This document shows positions 58,974 through 64,000 of a stretch of DNA of 64,000 bases, piece by piece. Made by a program: the position numbers and the translations under genes. Source of the stretch: a virus (lineage: Duplodnaviria > Caudoviricetes); the IMG/VR virus record IMGVR_UViG_3300011008_000023, positions 1-64,000 of that record; one strand, written 5' to 3'. The notes under the pieces were generated by a model. It saw only the letters and a list, made by a program, of their open reading frames with translations. It was not told the DNA's origin and searched no databases. Each line of letters opens with the position of its first letter. The first letter of the stretch is position 1.

Positions 58974-59972
58974 TTAAAAATTGTTAAATAATGATAAAAT
59001 AATTTCTTTAAATTTTTGTTTATCTTTTAAGGAGTGATATAAATCAGATATATCTTTACCTCCATTGAATTTTGGTAATACTATATTAGTGAACCCTGTT
59101 TGTTTGCTTAATTTCTCTCCATCAATTAGCCCTGCTTCATCGCAATCAAACAGAATATAAATGTGCTTAAACCTCTTCTTTAATTCACTAACTGCAGTAT
59201 TACTCATTGTATAGCCTTCACCCTGGGTGGCTAAACAAGGAATGCCAGTATTAGACCATAAGCACAGTGCGTCTTTTAATGAGGAGCATATACAAATTCT
59301 TTCTCCCTCTTTTGGAACTTTGGTCCACAGACTTATTACAGAACTGTCTGTACTAGTGCACCACTTAAAACCTCTCTTATTAAAAGGTTGATAAATTTTA
59401 ATACTGATATTTCCTTCTTTCTTTTCTACATATGCGTAGGCATACTTATCTGCCCCAAAAACATATCTTTTATTTCCCTTAGTAATAATTTTGTGAGATA
59501 TTGGATATACATCTGCATATTTCAACCACTCTAATGACACTCCAAAAGAGTCCCAATATTGTATATCGTGTTTTCTCCAATCTCGTACTTTGATTTCTAT
59601 TTTGGATTTCTCTTTTTCTTTAAGAATAGTTCTTGTACTTCCACCAACTTCTTTAGTAGTGATTTCTTTATTGTCTTTGTGAGATAGAAAATCCTCAGCT
59701 ACTTTATCAAGTACTTCATTGTAAGGGATTTGCCACATTTGAGAAAGGAGGTCAAATAAACCTCCTCTCTCTCCCGTAGCAAAATCATTATAGCGGACTT
59801 TACCATCAAATGTATATATTCCAAACGATGGTTTATTATCAGTTCTCAATGGAGAATGAATTACACAAGGTATTTCAATTATATTTAAATACCTAGCCGC
59901 TATATTGACTTCAGTTGTTCGTTCTAATATGTCTTCGAGGCTTACAGATTTCTTACCAGAACTGAAAGCCAT
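58974..59972 (-). CDS. dnaG: DnaG-like primase
   Basis: N-terminal SPLR.D..PSF...DF..G domain; Toprim with DCDEAG and KDISD. Confidence 0.88.
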   Translation of the reverse strand: MAFSSGKKSVSLEDILERTTEVNIAARYLNIIEIPCVIHSPLRTDNKPSFGIYTFDGKVRYNDFATGERGGLFDLLSQMWQIPYNEVLDKVAEDFLSHKDNKEITTKEVGGSTRTILKEKEKSKIEIKVRDWRKHDIQYWDSFGVSLEWLKYADVYPISHKIITKGNKRYVFGADKYAYAYVEKKEGNISIKIYQPFNKRGFKWCTSTDSSVISLWTKVPKEGERICICSSLKDALCLWSNTGIPCLATQGEGYTMSNTAVSELKKRFKHIYILFDCDEAGLIDGEKLSKQTGFTNIVLPKFNGGKDISDLYHSLKDKQKFKEIILSLFNNF

Positions 59973-59983
59973 ATTATTTATTT

Positions 59984-60877
59984 TTAATTAAACCAACCTG
60001 TAGGGGTTGCAGTTTCTGCAGGTAAATCATCTGCAGAAGTAGCATCTACATTATATTCGTGAAGAGGCACTGCCTCAAATTCAGTTGTAGAATAAGCTCC
60101 TGCTGACTTACGGTCCTGAAGGTCCTTATCAAGCTTACTGAAATCTGTCACACCATTACGCAGGACCATCTGAGTATATGCAGTTTGATACTGCTTACCA
60201 TCATCAGATGTACGTATACCAAACATAATCTTTACTTTGTTGTTTGGCTGATAAGACATAATTTCCTTAAGCTCCTTGAAGTCACCAGCGAAGAATTTAT
60301 CAATACCGTCCAGCCTAGCTTCGCACTCTGCAGGATTGTCAACAAGAATCCACTTGCCATCAACATACTTCTGAACATTAGGAATATTCAAATATGTCTT
60401 AATGAAGTTGGTGAGGTCCTCCTCTCCAACAAAGCAAGGGCGATAATCTTTATCAAGATTAGCAGGTCCATTAGCATACTGAGGAATTTCATGATTATTA
60501 GCCTGTTCCTTAGTTACCCAAGCAGTACGGCCATACTTATCAATAACCTGTACTTTGGACTTATCCCTATTGAAACGATACTCCTTTCTAATGAAGTAGC
60601 TAACCCTAGAGGTCATCTCAATACCATTTGCCCTCTCAGCATCTGTTTTGACAATGAAATCTATACGAGCATAGGGAACCTGAGTACCATTGACTTCCTG
60701 AGTACCTATATACTCAGGGTCTTTATCCATTGTATTATTATAGATAGCCTCAAGTTCTCCTTTAGTAGGATTAGTACTTACTACAAATACAGGAGCAACC
60801 CCAATATAACGTTTAAATTCACCACTCTCTGTGGTAACCTTACCTGCTGAAAATGCCATAAAAGAATAATTACCCAT
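59984..60877 (-). CDS. Single-stranded DNA-binding protein (putative)
   Basis: Between primase and AAA ATPase; high-expression codons; acidic C-tail (ADDLP...WF). Confidence 0.6.
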   Translation of the reverse strand: MGNYSFMAFSAGKVTTESGEFKRYIGVAPVFVVSTNPTKGELEAIYNNTMDKDPEYIGTQEVNGTQVPYARIDFIVKTDAERANGIEMTSRVSYFIRKEYRFNRDKSKVQVIDKYGRTAWVTKEQANNHEIPQYANGPANLDKDYRPCFVGEEDLTNFIKTYLNIPNVQKYVDGKWILVDNPAECEARLDGIDKFFAGDFKELKEIMSYQPNNKVKIMFGIRTSDDGKQYQTAYTQMVLRNGVTDFSKLDKDLQDRKSAGAYSTTEFEAVPLHEYNVDATSADDLPAETATPTGWFN

Positions 60878-60886
60878 GATTAAATT

Positions 60887-61156
60887 TTATAAAGTTTCTA
60901 CCACCTCTACAGATTCACTTGTTGTAACTTCTGTTTCAGGAAGATTTCCTCCAAAAGTAATGCACTGCTCAGAAGTATATCCACCAGTCATAACCTTAAT
61001 AGGAGTTTCCCAAGCATCAATCTGCTCATTGATGCTAATCAACTCGGCTGCGAGTTCACGCATACGAGCATTAACTTTCTCACGCTGCGTAACCAATTTC
61101 TTGGTGTTCTGTGCTGTACGCTTTACCGCAGCCATCTGAAATCTGTTTAATACCAT
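60887..61156 (-). CDS. Small coiled-coil hypothetical protein
   Basis: 89 aa, heptad pattern, biased codon usage. Confidence 0.6.
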   Translation of the reverse strand: MVLNRFQMAAVKRTAQNTKKLVTQREKVNARMRELAAELISINEQIDAWETPIKVMTGGYTSEQCITFGGNLPETEVTTSESVEVVETL

Positions 61157-61162
61157 AATTGT

Positions 61163-61426
61163 TTAAAAAACTGTAATAAGAATATTGTTTTTATCAGTAA
61201 TTCTATTTATCTTATATTCCTGTTCAAGTAGTACTAAGGTAGGGTTAATAATAGAGCTTAGTAGGATGGGATTGCTACTAATTAATTCTATTACACTTGC
61301 TCTATCCCTAAGTTCTCTAAGGTCACATAAATGATTAAATAGAATCATGAAGTCATTAACTTTTTTACTTTGAATGAATTTATTTATATCATTTATAATG
61401 GTTTCTTTCTCAGCCATAATATTCAT
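61163..61426 (-). CDS. Hypothetical protein
   Basis: 87-aa ORF overlapping the upstream AAA gene. Confidence 0.5.
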   Translation of the reverse strand: MNIMAEKETIINDINKFIQSKKVNDFMILFNHLCDLRELRDRASVIELISSNPILLSSIINPTLVLLEQEYKINRITDKNNILITVF

Positions 61427-62087
61427 TCATTGCTTTTACTACTGCACCTAAGTCATTAGGAATGAAATCTTCAGAAAACATCTCATCAGGAGTTTTTGCA
61501 GGAATCTGCACTGCTCCTTCCATAGCTGCATGAGTATAGAATCCATATGAAGGCTTACCCTTGTCATCAAATTTAATGGCTGAATAAAGTACCATAGGTA
61601 CAACCTCAATAGGATTATACTGATTATCAAGCAATTGACCGATTGTACTTACTTTATAACCAACAGTAGTTTTGTCACTCTGAACATCTTCACTATGAAG
61701 AATCAAGAATACATTAATATCTTCACGCATCTGTTCACAAGTAGAAATTATCTGCTGGAAATGTTGGGCAAGTTCTGTATATTTACCATAACCAGTTTCT
61801 TTAGCCCTCTTGAAATACTCCTTCCTCATAATATAGATACAATCATCTAGAATGATGTTCTTTATATGAGGTTGACCATTACAAGCCTGCAAAAGATTAA
61901 TCATCTGCTGATAATCTTCGATTCTGAAAAGATTCTTTTTCTCTGTGTTATAGATAGTGCTACTTCCTTTAAATGGAAGTTTCTTACCTAACACATTAAT
62001 AATAATAGTCTCTTCAGGATTGAGAGTTTTGATACTAGTAGATTTACCAGTACCACTTTTGCCTAAAAGCATTACAACATTTGCCAT
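61410..62087 (-). CDS. AAA_24/Sak4-like P-loop ATPase
   Basis: Walker A GKSGTGKS, Walker B IILDD, H.E and AKTP motifs. Confidence 0.85.
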   Translation of the reverse strand: MANVVMLLGKSGTGKSTSIKTLNPEETIIINVLGKKLPFKGSSTIYNTEKKNLFRIEDYQQMINLLQACNGQPHIKNIILDDCIYIMRKEYFKRAKETGYGKYTELAQHFQQIISTCEQMREDINVFLILHSEDVQSDKTTVGYKVSTIGQLLDNQYNPIEVVPMVLYSAIKFDDKGKPSYGFYTHAAMEGAVQIPAKTPDEMFSEDFIPNDLGAVVKAMNEYYG

Positions 62088-63211
62088 AAACGTTTAAATT
62101 TAATCATATATCTAAAGAAAATCTTATTTGCTTTAGGACGGATAGAATCCATATACTTATATATCTCTGCCAGTCCCTCTTTATCTTCTGGTGGTGGAAG
62201 TTCTTTAAAAGTACAAGTAGCACCATCAAAGTATAACGCCACTATTCCTCCCATTTCTCCATCTCTGTTAACACACATTTCTAGGAATCTAATATTATCT
62301 TTAAACTTTGTAATATCATATCCCATATATTCTTTTAATCCAAACTTAAATGGACTAAATAGACCCATTAATATATTAACATCTCTCTGAACATACTTAC
62401 TATCACTTAATCCTGCGCCAGAAGGTCTAATCCTATTCAACTTAAAACTGTCATTACTTTCATTTTCAGTTGATTGCTGTTGAATAACTATAGGAATAAA
62501 TGTATATCTATTTCTCAAATTAGTTCCAAGGTACTCACTTAGTTTATCTATAGATTCTTTCTTAGACATTCCTCTCTCTTGGCTAATAAGACTAATGTGG
62601 TCTATTACTACTACTCTATATTCAAATGGGTCATTGGGTTCGTATCTATCAAAGACTTCCTCTTGATTAAATGGGACTGTCTTCTTATAGGTAGTTCCAT
62701 TAGCCTCTGCATATCTTTTACATTCATAGAAGATTCCTGTAGGATTAGATGTTGGGCTAAATATTATAGTATTTTCAAAGAATTCAATGTACTTTACATA
62801 ATTTTCAGACTCTAGTTTGTCAAGAATTTCTTGAGGAACTGGAGAATCATTTCTACTACTTCTTAGATTTGAAGGAGATATTCTTATTCTATCCAATCTA
62901 TAAAGAAGCCAACTTTGAAATCTATTTAGTATCTTTTCATCAGTCTCTTCTAGATTGAAATAAAAAATCCTTAATCTCATTATATCCTGATGCTCATATG
63001 CAAATATCAAAGCTTCAAAAAGGAGATTTAATACAAATTGAGTCTTTCCGCCTTTAGTATAAGAAGTAATGCCATAATATGTACTTTGCTCTAGCCCTAT
63101 AAAATCTGTCATAAACCTTTTGAAAGGAGACGGAATACTATTAATGTTACCATCAAGTAGATTCTGTCTCCTTTTCTTCAAGGTTTCCATTACTCTTTCT
63201 CTTAAAGTCAT
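62072..63211 (-). CDS. dnaB: DnaB-like replicative helicase
   Basis: Degenerate Walker A (TKGGKT), FNLEE, VVIDHISL, IQQQ, DS...RD and NRDG motifs. Confidence 0.8.
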   Translation of the reverse strand: MTLRERVMETLKKRRQNLLDGNINSIPSPFKRFMTDFIGLEQSTYYGITSYTKGGKTQFVLNLLFEALIFAYEHQDIMRLRIFYFNLEETDEKILNRFQSWLLYRLDRIRISPSNLRSSRNDSPVPQEILDKLESENYVKYIEFFENTIIFSPTSNPTGIFYECKRYAEANGTTYKKTVPFNQEEVFDRYEPNDPFEYRVVVIDHISLISQERGMSKKESIDKLSEYLGTNLRNRYTFIPIVIQQQSTENESNDSFKLNRIRPSGAGLSDSKYVQRDVNILMGLFSPFKFGLKEYMGYDITKFKDNIRFLEMCVNRDGEMGGIVALYFDGATCTFKELPPPEDKEGLAEIYKYMDSIRPKANKIFFRYMIKFKRLWQML

Positions 63212-63792
63212 CGCAATTCAGTTAACCAATTTTCATTTAGAGAATCAGATTCTTCAGGATTTTGTATTAGAGAAAGAAAATCGGAGCGTACATCTCCTGT
63301 AGTTTTATCTGTTTTAAGAATAAAATACTTTAGTAGCTGCATATATCTGAAGTCCCCATTAAATGAATCCACATACTTCCTAGTTGCCTCAAGAGCCTCT
63401 TCTTCTGTAAACTTTACTCCAAACTTAGCTACTAAAGTCTTTAGTTTTCTAGCAATAATAGGGATACTGTCTCTCCAATAATATGTTGTACCTTCCTTTC
63501 TACCTTCAGGAAAGAGCTCCCTCATTTTCTTTGCAAGGTCATTAAATTCTCTTTCTTTGTTAATAGTAGTTTTGTCTGAATCAATAATTATTGAAGCTAT
63601 TAACTCCTTGGTATTATTACTTACTACTGCACTTACTTTATTATGTAAATCTCTATCAACAATGCCTACTTCTATAAGATGTTTTATAGTAGCTTCTATA
63701 TCAACCTCTTTAGAACATAAATATAATACTAGAAATTCATCTAAAGTAAGATTATGCTTTTCTAAAACAGCATCATTAATTGTTATATTCAT
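63208..63792 (-). CDS. Hypothetical replication protein (possible winged-helix initiator/helicase loader)
   Basis: Directly upstream of DnaB; N-terminal wHTH-like pattern (L...GIV). Confidence 0.45.
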   Translation of the reverse strand: MNITINDAVLEKHNLTLDEFLVLYLCSKEVDIEATIKHLIEVGIVDRDLHNKVSAVVSNNTKELIASIIIDSDKTTINKEREFNDLAKKMRELFPEGRKEGTTYYWRDSIPIIARKLKTLVAKFGVKFTEEEALEATRKYVDSFNGDFRYMQLLKYFILKTDKTTGDVRSDFLSLIQNPEESDSLNENWLTELR

Positions 63793-63998
63793 AGCAGTAT
63801 TTCTGTTATATATTTATCATCAATATTTTCTATTGCTGTTTTTAAATACTCTTCATCTCTTGTACCTTTATAATATATAATATATTGTACAGGAGATTCT
63901 GCTCTAAGGGCTCTACCAAACTTTTGAATGAATGCTCTTTCTTCTCCATCAAGTTGTATAATAATACCAACTTGAATATCATTAAGATTCATTCCTTC
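63789..63998 (-). CDS. Superfamily 2 helicase C-terminus (truncated by the window edge)
   Basis: EGMNL (motif V) and QKFGRALR (motif VI); frame open to the window end. Confidence 0.8.
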   Translation of the reverse strand, partial: EGMNLNDIQVGIIIQLDGEERAFIQKFGRALRAESPVQYIIYYKGTRDEEYLKTAIENIDDKYITEILL

Positions 63999-64000
63999 TT

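Noticed and set aside
1-64000. Stop-codon reassignment (TAG or TGA), common in some crassviruses
   Set aside because: Genes, including the 12.5-kb vRNAP, are intact in code 11, and TAG/TGA act as normal stops at tightly packed gene ends (e.g. 44583, 44967, 7381).
1-64000. tRNA genes, CRISPR arrays, DGR/reverse transcriptase, integrase or IS elements
   Set aside because: Intergenic gaps are short and explained by terminators, promoters or the intron; no such motifs recognised by eye. tRNAscan-SE and repeat finders would confirm.

Overview
A 64-kb segment of a crAss-like phage genome (Crassvirales). The capsid protein resembles the phiCrAss001/Steigviridae type. Code is standard (code 11). The host is probably an anaerobic Bacteroidota species, given TAnnTTTG promoters, AT-rich leaders mostly without Shine-Dalgarno sites, and a class III RNR. 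Two convergent gene blocks meet at a bidirectional terminator (~40772-40801). The + strand block (1-40746) encodes the major capsid protein, tail ring/hub/muzzle proteins, cargo proteins and three giant ejected proteins, one of which is a 4167-aa virion RNA polymerase (DFDVD) with many accessory domains. The - strand block (40807-64000) holds replication and nucleotide metabolism genes: thyX, polA, dut, nrdG/nrdD, ung, primase, SSB, AAA ATPase, DnaB and an SF2 helicase. Highlights: (1) a candidate phage-encoded ubiquitin-like conjugation operon (Ubl precursor, E2-like, JAB/JAMM protease, E1/ThiF, unknown gene) at 54433-58968; (2) a 265-nt group I intron splitting polA; (3) candidate host-manipulating domains inside the ejected giant proteins (SAM-lyase-like, ADP-ribosyltransferase, GNAT-like, nucleotidyltransferase, GrpE-like); (4) small unannotated ORFs and hairpins. 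All family calls come from reading motifs by eye, not from database searches.
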